From: Oscillospiraceae bacterium
GTDB lineage: Bacteria > Bacillota > Clostridia > Oscillospirales > CAG-272
Length of the DNA: 64,000 bases
Assembly (NCBI GenBank): GCA_015065285.1
Contig: SVQP01000005.1
Span: forward strand, 9,794-73,793
Reading direction: 5' to 3'
Shown here: one piece after another, positions 54,056-63,298 of the stretch
How positions within the stretch are numbered: the stretch's first letter is position 1
Layout: each line of letters begins with the position of its first letter
Made by a program: the position numbers and the translations under genes
The notes under the pieces: generated by a model
The model's database searches: none
The model's input: only the letters and a program-made list of their open reading frames with translations
Told to the model about the DNA's origin: nothing

Positions 54056-55042
54056 ATGGATGCTACAATGGAGAATCCGTTGATTTCGGTGATCATTCCG
54101 GTATACAATCCGGGAAAATATCTTTACCGTTGCCTGGACTCGATCACGGGGCAGACGTATTCGAATCTGGAGATCATTCTGATCGACGATGGCTCGACCG
54201 ATCAAAGCGGTGCCGTTTGCGATGCGTATGCACAGAGAGATCCGCGCATTGTTTGTATCCATCAGGAAAATAAGGGCGTATCGAGTGCACGCAATCGCGG
54301 ACTGGAGATCGCACACGGGGATTATATTCATTTTCCGGACAGTGACGACTATCTGGAAACGGACACCTATGAATACCTGCTGGGGCTGGCGACAAAGCAT
54401 GCGTGTGAGGTGGTCAATTTTGAGCATTTCATCACGTATCCCGATGGCAGCGAGCAGGTGCATTCCTTCCCGACAGACAGATACGGAGAGTATGACGTCA
54501 AGGGCACGTATTGGCAAATGGTCAACGGTGTGCAGTTCTGCTGCAATAAGCTGTTTCGCAGGGAGCTGATTATGGGAGAGCATGACGCGGACGCACTGCG
54601 TTTCAGAGAAGATATTTTCCGCGGAGAGGATACGTTGTTTGCCGCAATGGCAATTGCAAGAGCAAGCAAGGTCTTCTTTGACGCGCGCCCCTTGTACCAT
54701 TACGTACAGACTGAGCAGAGTGCCTGCCGCGGCAGCTTCCGCGCTTCGCAGCTCTCGGTGACCAAGCTTTACGACGCGTACGTGCCGATATACGGCAAGT
54801 ACCCCGACGTATACAACGACTTTTTGCTGTTCATGCAGCAAACGCTGATCAGCATTTATTACGACATGTGGGCAGATGGCAAGGCATGGTCGCGCGAAAG
54901 GACAGAGCTTGCTTTGCTGCTGCGCCAAAAGAGAAAACAAATCAAAGGCAAAATACGCGTCAAGCAGCGCGTAAAGCTCGGCTTGTTCGGATTATCTCCT
55001 TCGCTGTTTTGCTTTGTGCATAAGATCATGCACAAATTATAA
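54056..55042 (+). CDS. Glycosyltransferase family 2
   Basis: ISVIIPVYNPGKYL ... IDDGSTDQS ... DSDD. Confidence 0.85.
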   Translation: MDATMENPLISVIIPVYNPGKYLYRCLDSITGQTYSNLEIILIDDGSTDQSGAVCDAYAQRDPRIVCIHQENKGVSSARNRGLEIAHGDYIHFPDSDDYLETDTYEYLLGLATKHACEVVNFEHFITYPDGSEQVHSFPTDRYGEYDVKGTYWQMVNGVQFCCNKLFRRELIMGEHDADALRFREDIFRGEDTLFAAMAIARASKVFFDARPLYHYVQTEQSACRGSFRASQLSVTKLYDAYVPIYGKYPDVYNDFLLFMQQTLISIYYDMWADGKAWSRERTELALLLRQKRKQIKGKIRVKQRVKLGLFGLSPSLFCFVHKIMHKL

Positions 55043-55065
55043 GACCAAAGAAAGGAAGGTTTGCT

Positions 55066-55974
55066 ATGGAAAGAATCTGTGCAGTCATTGTAACCTATAA
55101 CCGCCCGGAGCTGCTTTGCAGATGCGTGGAGCATTTGCTGGCGCAGACCTATCCTTTGGATATTCTGATCTACGACAATCACTCCACGAAGGACACAAAG
55201 GGCGCACTTGCAGAGAAGAATTTGCTTTGTGAGCGCGTGACCTACCATTATGCAGAACACAACAGCGGAGGCGCAGGCGGCTTTCATGATGGCACGAAAA
55301 TGGCGGTGGAGCAGGGTTATGATTACGTATGGCTGATGGATGATGACGGCTATGCCGTGCAGGACTCAACGCTTGAACGTATTATGGCGGCACGCGAGCG
55401 CATTGCGGACGAGCTGTTTATTCTCAATTCACTTGTGATTTGCGATACGGAGTCGCTCAGATTGAGCTTTAGCTTAGACCGTAGCTTTGACGGCAGGCAA
55501 ATCACGGCAGACGCCAAGGATGGGCTGTACTGCGGTGCGGTCAATCCGTTCAATGGCACGCTGATCCCCACGACGCTGATCAAGCAGATCGGATATACCA
55601 GACGCGAATATTTCATTTATGGGGATGAGACCGAGTACACCTTGCGCAGCAAGGCTGCCGGAGCGCAGCTGTATACCGTGGTGGATTCCTTGTACTATCA
55701 TCCCGCCTACGTGGTGGCAACCAAGCGATTTTTTCATAAGAAGATTGCCATTAGCGAGCTGCCGCTTTGGAAAACCTATTGCATGGCGCGCAACAGTGCG
55801 CATTATGCAAAGCAATACCTGAGCCTTGGATGGCGTGTGCGCAAAAAGGCAGGCTTGATCATATCTGCGCTTTACGCAAAAAAGAAAAAATGGGCAAAGC
55901 TGCGCGAAACGCTGCGCGGCATTCGCGATGGAGAGCGGGGAGATTTTTCCCGCGTATTGGATCTTTCGAAATGA
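55066..55974 (+). CDS. Glycosyltransferase family 2 (possible galactofuranosyl/rhamnosyl-transferase type)
   Basis: AVIVTYNRPELL ... LMDDDG. Lies adjacent to glf. Confidence 0.75.
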   Translation: MERICAVIVTYNRPELLCRCVEHLLAQTYPLDILIYDNHSTKDTKGALAEKNLLCERVTYHYAEHNSGGAGGFHDGTKMAVEQGYDYVWLMDDDGYAVQDSTLERIMAARERIADELFILNSLVICDTESLRLSFSLDRSFDGRQITADAKDGLYCGAVNPFNGTLIPTTLIKQIGYTRREYFIYGDETEYTLRSKAAGAQLYTVVDSLYYHPAYVVATKRFFHKKIAISELPLWKTYCMARNSAHYAKQYLSLGWRVRKKAGLIISALYAKKKKWAKLRETLRGIRDGERGDFSRVLDLSK

Positions 55975-55988
55975 TGAGAGGAACTGAT

Positions 55989-57119
55989 ATGAGCCGATAT
56001 GATTATCTGGTCGTAGGGGCAGGCTTGTTTGGCGCGGTGTTTGCGCAGCAGGCAAAAGAGAAGGGCTATTCGGTTTTGGTTGTGGAAAAAAGACCGCATA
56101 TTGCGGGCAACGTATATACCGAGAACGTAGAAGGGATCACGGTCCACAAGTATGGTGCGCACATTTTTCATACTAACGACCAAGAGGTATGGGAATACGT
56201 CAATCGCTTTGCAAGCTTCAATGACTTTGTCAACCGCCCGATTGCCAATTACCAAGGAGAGCTTTATTCGCTGCCGTTTAATATGTACACCTTTGAAAAG
56301 ATGTGGGGCGTAAGTGACCCCGAGCAGGCACGGCAAAAGATCCGGGAGCAGATTGAGCATGAGGGAATTACGACACCCGAAAATCTTGAGCAGCAGGCGA
56401 TCAGTCTGGTGGGACGTGACGTATATGAAAAGCTGGTCAAGGGCTATACCGAAAAGCAGTGGGGGCGCCCTTGCTGTGAGCTGCCCGGCTTTATTATCAA
56501 AAGATTGCCCTTGCGCTTTACCTATGACAACAACTATTTCAATGCAGTCTATCAAGGCATTCCCAAGAGCGGCTATACGCGCATGGTGGAAAATATGCTC
56601 GAAGGCATAGAGGTGCGCCTTGGCGTGGATTATCTGGCACATAAGCAAGAGCTTGAGGGACTTGCGGATCGCGTGATCTATACGGGACCGATCGACGCAT
56701 ATTACGATTATTGTTACGGGCCGCTCTCTTATCGTTCGGTGCGCTTTGAAGAGCAGCTTTTGGATATGGAGAGCTATCAGGGCAATGCCGTGGTCAATTA
56801 TACCGACAGCCAAACGCCTTGGACGCGTATCATCGAGCATAAATTCTTTACCCATGGCTTGGACGAGCAGGGAAAGGCGCTGCCCCGAACCGTGATTTCC
56901 AAGGAATACAGCTCGGAATGGCATCCGGGAGAAGAGCCGTATTATCCCATCAATGACCAAAAGAACAGTCAGCTTTTACAAAAGTATCAGGCACTTGCGC
57001 AAAATCAGACGCGCGTTTGGTTTGGCGGCAGACTTGGTCAGTACAAGTATTACGACATGGATACGGTCATTGCATCTGCGCTTGCCATGAGTCGGGCATT
57101 GTGCAAGGAGAGAATATGA
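55989..57119 (+). CDS. glf: UDP-galactopyranose mutase
   Basis: YDYLVVGAGLFGAVFA FAD fold, plus HIFHTN and YYPIND motifs. Confidence 0.9.
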   Translation: MSRYDYLVVGAGLFGAVFAQQAKEKGYSVLVVEKRPHIAGNVYTENVEGITVHKYGAHIFHTNDQEVWEYVNRFASFNDFVNRPIANYQGELYSLPFNMYTFEKMWGVSDPEQARQKIREQIEHEGITTPENLEQQAISLVGRDVYEKLVKGYTEKQWGRPCCELPGFIIKRLPLRFTYDNNYFNAVYQGIPKSGYTRMVENMLEGIEVRLGVDYLAHKQELEGLADRVIYTGPIDAYYDYCYGPLSYRSVRFEEQLLDMESYQGNAVVNYTDSQTPWTRIIEHKFFTHGLDEQGKALPRTVISKEYSSEWHPGEEPYYPINDQKNSQLLQKYQALAQNQTRVWFGGRLGQYKYYDMDTVIASALAMSRALCKERI

Positions 57120-58096
57120 TAAAAAAACTGTTCAGAAAAATTCGGGATGCCATTTTAGGGCTTGGAGAGATCCCCGCAAATACCCGTGAATTCGGGCTGC
57201 GCATTGCCATGATCCGATACAGAAGAAAGCTTGGCTTGATTTCTGTGGAGCGATACGTGGATGCCATTTCCATTCAAATGGAAAAGGAGCTGCGCGAGGT
57301 CACCGAGCGATACAAGCAGGATCAGGTCGCAAGATTTGAGAAAAAGCATGATTTTGGGGATAAGATTCCCGTGTTCATGTGCTGGTTTCAGGGAAAGGAT
57401 GCGATGCCGGAATGGTGCCGCGCTTGCTATGAAAACCTGCTTCGGATCGCGCCGCCCAATACCGAGGTGGTGCTTCTGACCTATGAGAATTATCAATCCT
57501 TTGTGGATATTCCAAAGGTTGTGACTAAAAAGTACCAAGAGGGAAAGATGTGCGCTGCCAACTATTCCGATATGGTTCGCTATATGCTGCTTGCCACGTA
57601 TGGCGGCTGCTGGATTGATGCTGCCGTCTATCTCAACGACGGCGTGTTCCAAACCGCATTTACGCACGAGTTATATACACCGCGATTCTACAGAGAGGGG
57701 CACCCATTGGAGGATGCCTCCAGAGGGCGCTGGGTTGGCGGAGTATGGTTTTCCAAAACAAATCATATTCTGTTTTCCTACGTGACAGAATCCTTGATGG
57801 AGCTTTGGAGCAAGCATGACAGGGCATTGGAATACCTTGCATGTGACTATATTATTTGGACGGCATACAGTAACCTGAGTACCGTCAGACAACAGCTTGA
57901 CGCAATACCCGTGAATAACGAGCATTTCAGATTGCTTAACGCCTGCTTTGAACAGGCATATACCGAGCAGCTGCTGGAGGAGATTTTTTCCAAGCAGCAG
58001 ATTCATCTGGTGGACCGCCATAAGGAGTACAAAAAGCAAAAGGACGGACAGCAGACGGTATACGGATACCTTGTATCCAAGCAAATAAAATCATGA
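57116..58096 (+). CDS. Capsular polysaccharide synthesis protein (Caps_synth / GT32-like)
   Basis: IPVFMCWFQG ... YSDMVRYMLLATYGGCWIDA is typical of the family. The start overlaps the glf stop. Confidence 0.7.
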   Translation: MIKKLFRKIRDAILGLGEIPANTREFGLRIAMIRYRRKLGLISVERYVDAISIQMEKELREVTERYKQDQVARFEKKHDFGDKIPVFMCWFQGKDAMPEWCRACYENLLRIAPPNTEVVLLTYENYQSFVDIPKVVTKKYQEGKMCAANYSDMVRYMLLATYGGCWIDAAVYLNDGVFQTAFTHELYTPRFYREGHPLEDASRGRWVGGVWFSKTNHILFSYVTESLMELWSKHDRALEYLACDYIIWTAYSNLSTVRQQLDAIPVNNEHFRLLNACFEQAYTEQLLEEIFSKQQIHLVDRHKEYKKQKDGQQTVYGYLVSKQIKS

Positions 58097-58122
58097 ATCA
58101 TATCAAAGAAAGGAGAGCCGAA

Positions 58123-59106
58123 ATGCAAAATCAACCGCTTGTCAGCATCATCACCCCGGGCTATAACTGTGGCGCTGTGGTGCATCGGTTGCTGGATTCT
58201 ATTCTGGCACAGACCTGGCAGAATGTTGAGTTTATCTTTGTCAACGACGGCTCTACCGACAACACTGCCGAGGTGCTGGAATCCTACCGCGAGAAATTCG
58301 AGGCAAGTGGAATTGCGTTCAGAATCATTACGCAAGAGAATCGAGGCGTAGGGGAAGCGATACAGACCGGATTGAAGGCATTTCACGGCGACTATTTGTG
58401 CTGGCCGGATGCGGACGATTATTTGGAGCCGGATGCAATCAAGGTGCGCGCAGAGTATTTAGAGCAGCATCCCGAGTTTGGTATTGTGACGGGGCAGGCG
58501 ATTGTCAGACGTGTGCCGGACCTTGAACAAGTCGGGATTTTGGGAAACAACGTTGATTTTGAGTCAGCTCCGGCGCATTTTGAGAATGCATTACACCGTA
58601 ATACAGTTTTTTGCTGCGGCTGTCATATGATCCGCACGTCGGATTTTTTGAAGATCAATCCTACAAGAGAGATATATCCTTCGCGCCACGGGCAGAATTG
58701 GCAAATGCTATTGCCTATGTATTATCATTATCAGCGCGGATTTATTGCCATGCCCGTTTACAATTATTTATTGTTCCCGAACAGCATGTCCAGAGAAAAG
58801 CTGAGCGCAGAAAAGAGACTTGCGCAGCTGCAGGCATACCTTACCATTCCGCAAGAGACCTTAAAGCGCATTGCGTTCAAGGATCCTTCCGAGCTTGAAA
58901 AGTACGGTCGAATCGTAACGTATGAGTATGGCAGAGATCTGCTGCTGTATGCGCGTGATTATAAGTTGAAATCCTATGCAAAGCAAGCAAAGGAGCTTAT
59001 GACCCGGGAAGGCTTGTTTGATCAAAGACTGAAGCGTTTGTACCGCGAAGCCACCAATCCTGTTTATGCTGCATTAATGCGTATATACAGAAAATCGAGG
59101 GGTTAG
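58123..59106 (+). CDS. Glycosyltransferase family 2
   Basis: VSIITPGYNCG ... VNDGSTDNT ... PDADD. AAAGGAGAG RBS. Confidence 0.85.
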   Translation: MQNQPLVSIITPGYNCGAVVHRLLDSILAQTWQNVEFIFVNDGSTDNTAEVLESYREKFEASGIAFRIITQENRGVGEAIQTGLKAFHGDYLCWPDADDYLEPDAIKVRAEYLEQHPEFGIVTGQAIVRRVPDLEQVGILGNNVDFESAPAHFENALHRNTVFCCGCHMIRTSDFLKINPTREIYPSRHGQNWQMLLPMYYHYQRGFIAMPVYNYLLFPNSMSREKLSAEKRLAQLQAYLTIPQETLKRIAFKDPSELEKYGRIVTYEYGRDLLLYARDYKLKSYAKQAKELMTREGLFDQRLKRLYREATNPVYAALMRIYRKSRG

Positions 59107-59155
59107 CCAAAAAACCCCAACTCCGAAAACTGCATACAAATAGCGTAAATGGGCA

Positions 59156-59190
59156 AAACTCCCCTTGACGGACCACGTCAAGGGGAGTTT
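59156..59190 (+). promoter_or_regulatory. Perfect 15-bp hairpin that sequesters the sigG ribosome-binding site
   Basis: AAACTCCCCTTGACG, gacca, CGTCAAGGGGAGTTT. GGGGAG (59182-59187) lies in the 3' arm, 5 nt before the ATG at 59193. Confidence 0.75.
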
Positions 59191-59192
59191 AT

Positions 59193-59966
59193 ATGTATTA
59201 TAACAAAGTGGAAATATGTGGGGTCAACACATCTGAGCTGATTGTGCTGACCGATGATCAAAAAAACGACCTTCTTCGGCGCACCAAGCAGGGCGACGTG
59301 CTGGCAAGGCAGGAGTTGATTTGCGGCAATTTACGCTTGGTGCTATCCATCATTCAGCGCTTTTCGAGCAGACGGGAGAACATGGACGATTTGTTTCAGG
59401 TGGGCTGCATTGGCTTGGTCAAGGCGGTGGACAACTTTAACACAGAGCTTGACGTCAAGTTTTCTACCTACGCCGTGCCCATGATCATTGGGGAGATCCG
59501 CCGCTATCTGCGCGATAATAACACCATTCGCATCAGTCGCTCGATTCGCGATCTGGCATACAGATCCTTGCAGGCAAGGGAAGAGCTGATCCGCGAGAAT
59601 CAGCGTGAGCCAAGTGCCGAGGAGATTGCCGCGCGCATCAACGAGAAAAAAGAGGCTGTGCTGCGCGCCATGGAGGCGGTGGTGGAGCCGATCTCACTTT
59701 ACGAGCCGGTTTATAACGAAAACGGCGACACGCTGTACGTCATCGACCAGCTCAGCGACCGCACCTCGGGTGATGATGCGTGGATTGAGAACATTGCACT
59801 GGGCGAGGCGATGCGCGCGCTTTCCGAGCGTGAGCGCAACATCATTGCCATGCGCTTTTACAAAAACAAAACGCAGATGGAGATTGCCGAGGAGATCGGC
59901 ATCTCACAAGCGCAGGTCTCGCGACTGGAAAAGGGCGCTTTGGAAAAGATCCGAAAGCAGATGTGA
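59193..59966 (+). CDS. sigG: Sporulation sigma factor SigG
   Basis: Near-collinear by eye with B. subtilis SigG (NKVEICGV.TS.L, GNLRLVLS.IQRF, FSTYAVPMIIGEIRRYLRDNN, GISQAQVSRLEK). Confidence 0.9.
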   Translation: MYYNKVEICGVNTSELIVLTDDQKNDLLRRTKQGDVLARQELICGNLRLVLSIIQRFSSRRENMDDLFQVGCIGLVKAVDNFNTELDVKFSTYAVPMIIGEIRRYLRDNNTIRISRSIRDLAYRSLQAREELIRENQREPSAEEIAARINEKKEAVLRAMEAVVEPISLYEPVYNENGDTLYVIDQLSDRTSGDDAWIENIALGEAMRALSERERNIIAMRFYKNKTQMEIAEEIGISQAQVSRLEKGALEKIRKQM

Positions 59967-59970
59967 AAAG

Positions 59971-59998
59971 GGAGCTGCTGCCATTTGGCAACAGCTCC
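59971..59998. terminator. Hairpin between convergent sigG and the repressor gene
   Basis: GGAGCTGCTGCC, atttg... GGCAACAGCTCC; 11 of 12 positions pair. The T-tract is weak. Confidence 0.5.
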
Positions 59999-60002
59999 AT
60001 AC

Positions 60003-60656
60003 TTATTTGATCTCGGATTGGAATGCAACCGCCTTGCCCAGAATGTGAATCTCGTCAAGCTCGGGACCCATGAATACCAGCGGCTCATACTTGGGATTCT
60101 CGGGCGTCAGGATCAGCTTGGATTTCTCGGGGTAGTAGTAAACGCGCTTGAGCGTTGCCTCATCCTCGATCACCACAGCCGCGATCTCACCGTTTGCCAC
60201 CATGTCGCTCTTTTTGATAAATACAATGTCGCCATCCTGAATTCTTGCACCGATCATGCTGTCTCCCTTAGCGCGCAGGCAAAAATCCGCGTCCAGATTG
60301 GTGCCTGACATGACAAAGCTATCGTGCTCCTCATCGGTCAGGATGGGCTTGCCGCAGGCAATCTCGCCAAGCACGGGGATGCGGCGGCGCTCAATGGGGA
60401 AAATATCGGGATAATCAGGCAGAGCCCCCGTGCCTCGCTCCATGGGCACGTCATAGCCCTCCAGCCACAGATCGGAAACGTCCAACGCGCGCGCCAGCTT
60501 GTGCATCGCGTCCGCCTTGGGCACGTAGATGCCGTTGGTATATTGGCTGATTCTCGCCTTGGAAAGTCCGGTGGTGTGTGCAAGATCCACGGCACGCATG
60601 CCACGTGCGTCCATTGCGGCACGCAGTCTATCGGTAAAGGAAGTGGTCAGTTCCAT
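60003..60656 (-). CDS. CI-type phage repressor (XRE HTH + S24 LexA-like peptidase)
   Basis: N-terminal RAVDLAHTTGLSKARISQYTNG HTH_3. C-terminal AKGDSM (Ser) and TLKRV (Lys) autocleavage dyad. Confidence 0.85.
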   Translation of the reverse strand: MELTTSFTDRLRAAMDARGMRAVDLAHTTGLSKARISQYTNGIYVPKADAMHKLARALDVSDLWLEGYDVPMERGTGALPDYPDIFPIERRRIPVLGEIACGKPILTDEEHDSFVMSGTNLDADFCLRAKGDSMIGARIQDGDIVFIKKSDMVANGEIAAVVIEDEATLKRVYYYPEKSKLILTPENPKYEPLVFMGPELDEIHILGKAVAFQSEIK

Positions 60657-60685
60657 TTTGAAACTCCTTTGGTTTTGATAGTTTT

Positions 60686-60714
60686 ATTATAAATGAGAGT
60701 TTAGCAAATGTCAA
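60686..60714 (-). promoter_or_regulatory. Consensus promoter for the repressor gene
   Basis: On the minus strand, TTGACA (60714-60709), 17 nt, TATAAT (60691-60686). Confidence 0.65.
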
Positions 60715-60758
60715 GAGGTTTGCACAAAAAAGTTAAGGAAATTTTATTTATACGGGGG

Positions 60759-60787
60759 TTGACTTTTGCTTAATGCTGTGATATACT
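60759..60787 (+). promoter_or_regulatory. Rightward (early) promoter of the phage-like element
   Basis: TTGACT, 17 nt, TATACT. It is overlapped by a candidate operator. Confidence 0.6.
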
Positions 60788-60868
60788 CATGACAGTTAAG
60801 CAAACACAACCACTCGGACAACCGATGACTTGGCGTCGGTTTTCATTTTTGCGCAAACAGTTAAGCAA
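60767..60868. promoter_or_regulatory. Three copies of the ACAG(N0-2)TTAAGCAA candidate operator word
   Basis: ACAGTTAAGCAA at 60792-60803 and 60857-60868. The inverted variant TTGCTTAATGCTGT at 60767-60780 lies inside the promoter spacer. Confidence 0.55.
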
Positions 60869-60896
60869 CCTTTACGGAACAAAAGGAGGAGATTTT

Positions 60897-61130
60897 ATGC
60901 CGATTGCGGGGACTTGCCCCTATTTTCAAAGAGAGAAGGGTGACGGTTACACCTATTGTGAATGCGCGCGCTTTCGTTTTCCCGACAAGCAAGCCAGACG
61001 CGATATCGTTTACAAATATTGCGCCCATCCGGACGGATATGAAAGCTGCGTGATCAAGCAGACCATGGATCAATTTTATGAAAGGAAATATTGCAGTGCA
61101 GACACAAACAAAAGAAAAATTGCAGGATGA
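60897..61130 (+). CDS. Small Cys-rich hypothetical phage protein
   Basis: 77 aa with AAAGGAGGAG RBS. Cys/His pattern CPYF...YCECARF...YCAHPDGYESC. Confidence 0.45.
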   Translation: MPIAGTCPYFQREKGDGYTYCECARFRFPDKQARRDIVYKYCAHPDGYESCVIKQTMDQFYERKYCSADTNKRKIAG

Positions 61131-61428
61131 GGGCAAGATTGCCTATATGATCGCCTGGAGAGACAAGCGCATCAAGGCACTTGAGGAGCTGGTGCAGGCA
61201 CAGGAGCAGGCAGGCAAGATCTATGCCGCGTACGTGGCGTATTTGCTCTCACTGTGCGCGCACAAGACTGATGCGGGGCTGGAGCTGCGCATCTCCAAGG
61301 CGGATATCAGAGAGGCATGCGGCAAATACGCGGTGCATGCCGAGGATGCCGACGAGGACTTTATCATTATGCTGGAGCTTATGGGAGAGAGCGATGGGGC
61401 GGGACGTAGCGAAATGGCTGACGCCTGA
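61078..61428 (+). CDS. Hypothetical phage protein
   Basis: 116-aa helical ORF between the Cys-rich ORF and terS. The start is uncertain. Confidence 0.4.
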   Translation: MKGNIAVQTQTKEKLQDEGKIAYMIAWRDKRIKALEELVQAQEQAGKIYAAYVAYLLSLCAHKTDAGLELRISKADIREACGKYAVHAEDADEDFIIMLELMGESDGAGRSEMADA

Positions 61429-61888
61429 GAGTCTGACACTTTTGCGCGGCATGGCTTGCATGGGCAAGGATGCTGCCGCGATCGCTGCCTGCATGGGTAT
61501 CTCACTCTCCACGCTGCGGCGCTGGCAAAAGCGGTATCCCGAAATTGCTGCAGCGATGGCATTCGGTAAGGACAATGCGGATTTTGCCGTTATACAGGCG
61601 CTGCACCGCAGGGCGGTTGGCTATACCGCACCGGTCAAGAAGACCTACAAGCTCAAGCACACCGAGTTTGACCCCGATTCGGGCAAAAAGGTGCTGGAAT
61701 ACGAGGAGCTGCAAACCGGCATTGATGAGACGCACGTGCCGGCTGATACGCGTGCCGAGATCTTCTGGCTGCAGAATCGGCGCGGAGAGGATTGGGGGCA
61801 GGAAAAGCCCGAGGCAGACGGGGAAAGTGGTGGCGTTGTGGAGCTGCCGCCCGTCATGCCCGCGCAAGAGCCGCCCGAGGACGCATGA
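61394..61888 (+). CDS. Terminase small subunit (HTH-containing)
   Basis: AAIAACMGISLSTLRRWQKRYPE HTH then a conserved DFAVIQALHRRAVGY region. The stop overlaps the terL start. Confidence 0.6.
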   Translation: MGRDVAKWLTPESLTLLRGMACMGKDAAAIAACMGISLSTLRRWQKRYPEIAAAMAFGKDNADFAVIQALHRRAVGYTAPVKKTYKLKHTEFDPDSGKKVLEYEELQTGIDETHVPADTRAEIFWLQNRRGEDWGQEKPEADGESGGVVELPPVMPAQEPPEDA

Positions 61889-63288
61889 GCGAGCGCGTGA
61901 TCTGGACGCCGCAGCCGCGTCAGGCAGCCTTTATGGCAAGGTTTGAGGATGAAGCCTTGTATGGCGGTGCTGCAGGCGGTGGTAAGAGTGACTGCGCCTT
62001 GGCGGAATCCTTGCGGCAGGTGCATATTCCATATTACCGTGGTTTGATTCTGCGCAAGACCTATCCGCAATTGTCCGAGCTGACCGACCGTTCTGCTGAG
62101 ATCTTCCGCGCGGCATATCCGCAAGCGCGGTATAACGATTCCAAGCACGTCTGGGTATTTCCGTCGGGTGCTAAGATCTATTTCGGATCGCTGCAGCACA
62201 CCGATGACAGGCTCAACTATCAGGGCAAGCGATATGATTTTATCGACTTTGACGAGCTGACGCAATTTACCTGGGATGAATATTCCTATCTGTTTTCCAG
62301 AAATCGCCCCAACGGTGCGGGCACGCGCTGTTATATGCGTGCGCAGGCAAATCCGGGCGGCATTGGGCACGGCTGGGTCAAGGCGCGATTTATCACACCT
62401 GCAAAGCCTATGACCACCATCTGGGAAAAGCATTGCGTGCGTCTGCCGGACGGGCAGGAGCAAACGCGCTGGAGATCGCGCATTTTCGTGCCGTCCACCG
62501 TGTTTGACAATAAGATCCTGCTTGAAAACGATCCGGGGTATCTGACGCGACTTGCGGCACTGCCCGAAAAGGAGAGGAGAGCGCTTTTGTACGGTGACTG
62601 GGATTGCTTTGCAGGTCAGGTGTTTACCGAGTGGCGCAATGATCCCGAGCACTATGCCGATGGCATAGGCACGCACGTCATAAAGCCCTTTGCCATTCCG
62701 CAATCCTGGCGCGTATACCGTGGCTTTGACTGGGGATATACCAGACCCTTTTCGGTTGGCTGGTATGCCTTTGATCAGGATGGACGCATGTTTCGCATCC
62801 GCGAGCTGTACGGCTGCAGCGGCACTCCGAACGAGGGCGTGCGCTGGGGCGCTCAGATGCTGGCAAAGCGTATTCGCGAGATAGAGGCGGATGACCCCAA
62901 TCTGCGCGGACGCTACATCTCGGGTGTGGCAGACCCTGCCATCCGACAAAAGAACGGCGGCGAGAGCATTGCCGAGCTGATGGAGCGCGAGGGCGTTTAC
63001 TGGGACAGAGCGGATAACTCCCGAATTGCGGGTAAGGCGCAGATGCACGCGCGGCTACAGTTTGATGCCAAGGGGATTCCCATGTTCTACGTGTTTTCCA
63101 CCTGCACGCACTTTATCCGCACCTTTCCCGAGCTGGTTTATGATTCCTCGAACGTAGAGGATGTCAACACAGACGGGGAGGATCACATTTACGACGAGTG
63201 TCGCTACGTTGCCATGGCGCACCCCATCAAAAGGCAAAGCGCACCCAAAAGTACGGTGTCGTATACCTACGACCCACTCAAAAACTGA
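61885..63288 (+). CDS. Terminase large subunit
   Basis: Walker A GGAAGGGKSD, Walker B/coupling YDFIDFDELTQF, and a C-terminal nuclease region with DHIYDECRY. Confidence 0.9.
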   Translation: MSERVIWTPQPRQAAFMARFEDEALYGGAAGGGKSDCALAESLRQVHIPYYRGLILRKTYPQLSELTDRSAEIFRAAYPQARYNDSKHVWVFPSGAKIYFGSLQHTDDRLNYQGKRYDFIDFDELTQFTWDEYSYLFSRNRPNGAGTRCYMRAQANPGGIGHGWVKARFITPAKPMTTIWEKHCVRLPDGQEQTRWRSRIFVPSTVFDNKILLENDPGYLTRLAALPEKERRALLYGDWDCFAGQVFTEWRNDPEHYADGIGTHVIKPFAIPQSWRVYRGFDWGYTRPFSVGWYAFDQDGRMFRIRELYGCSGTPNEGVRWGAQMLAKRIREIEADDPNLRGRYISGVADPAIRQKNGGESIAELMEREGVYWDRADNSRIAGKAQMHARLQFDAKGIPMFYVFSTCTHFIRTFPELVYDSSNVEDVNTDGEDHIYDECRYVAMAHPIKRQSAPKSTVSYTYDPLKN

Positions 63289-63298
63289 AGGAGATTAT

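Noticed and set aside
60003-60656. Host SOS repressor LexA.
   Set aside because: The N-terminal domain is an XRE-type HTH_3, not the LexA winged helix. The gene is divergent from phage packaging genes. It is called a CI-type phage repressor instead.
61645-63048. A 467-aa minus-strand ORF opposite terS and terL.
   Set aside because: It is an antisense shadow. The sense frame carries the terminase Walker A and B motifs.
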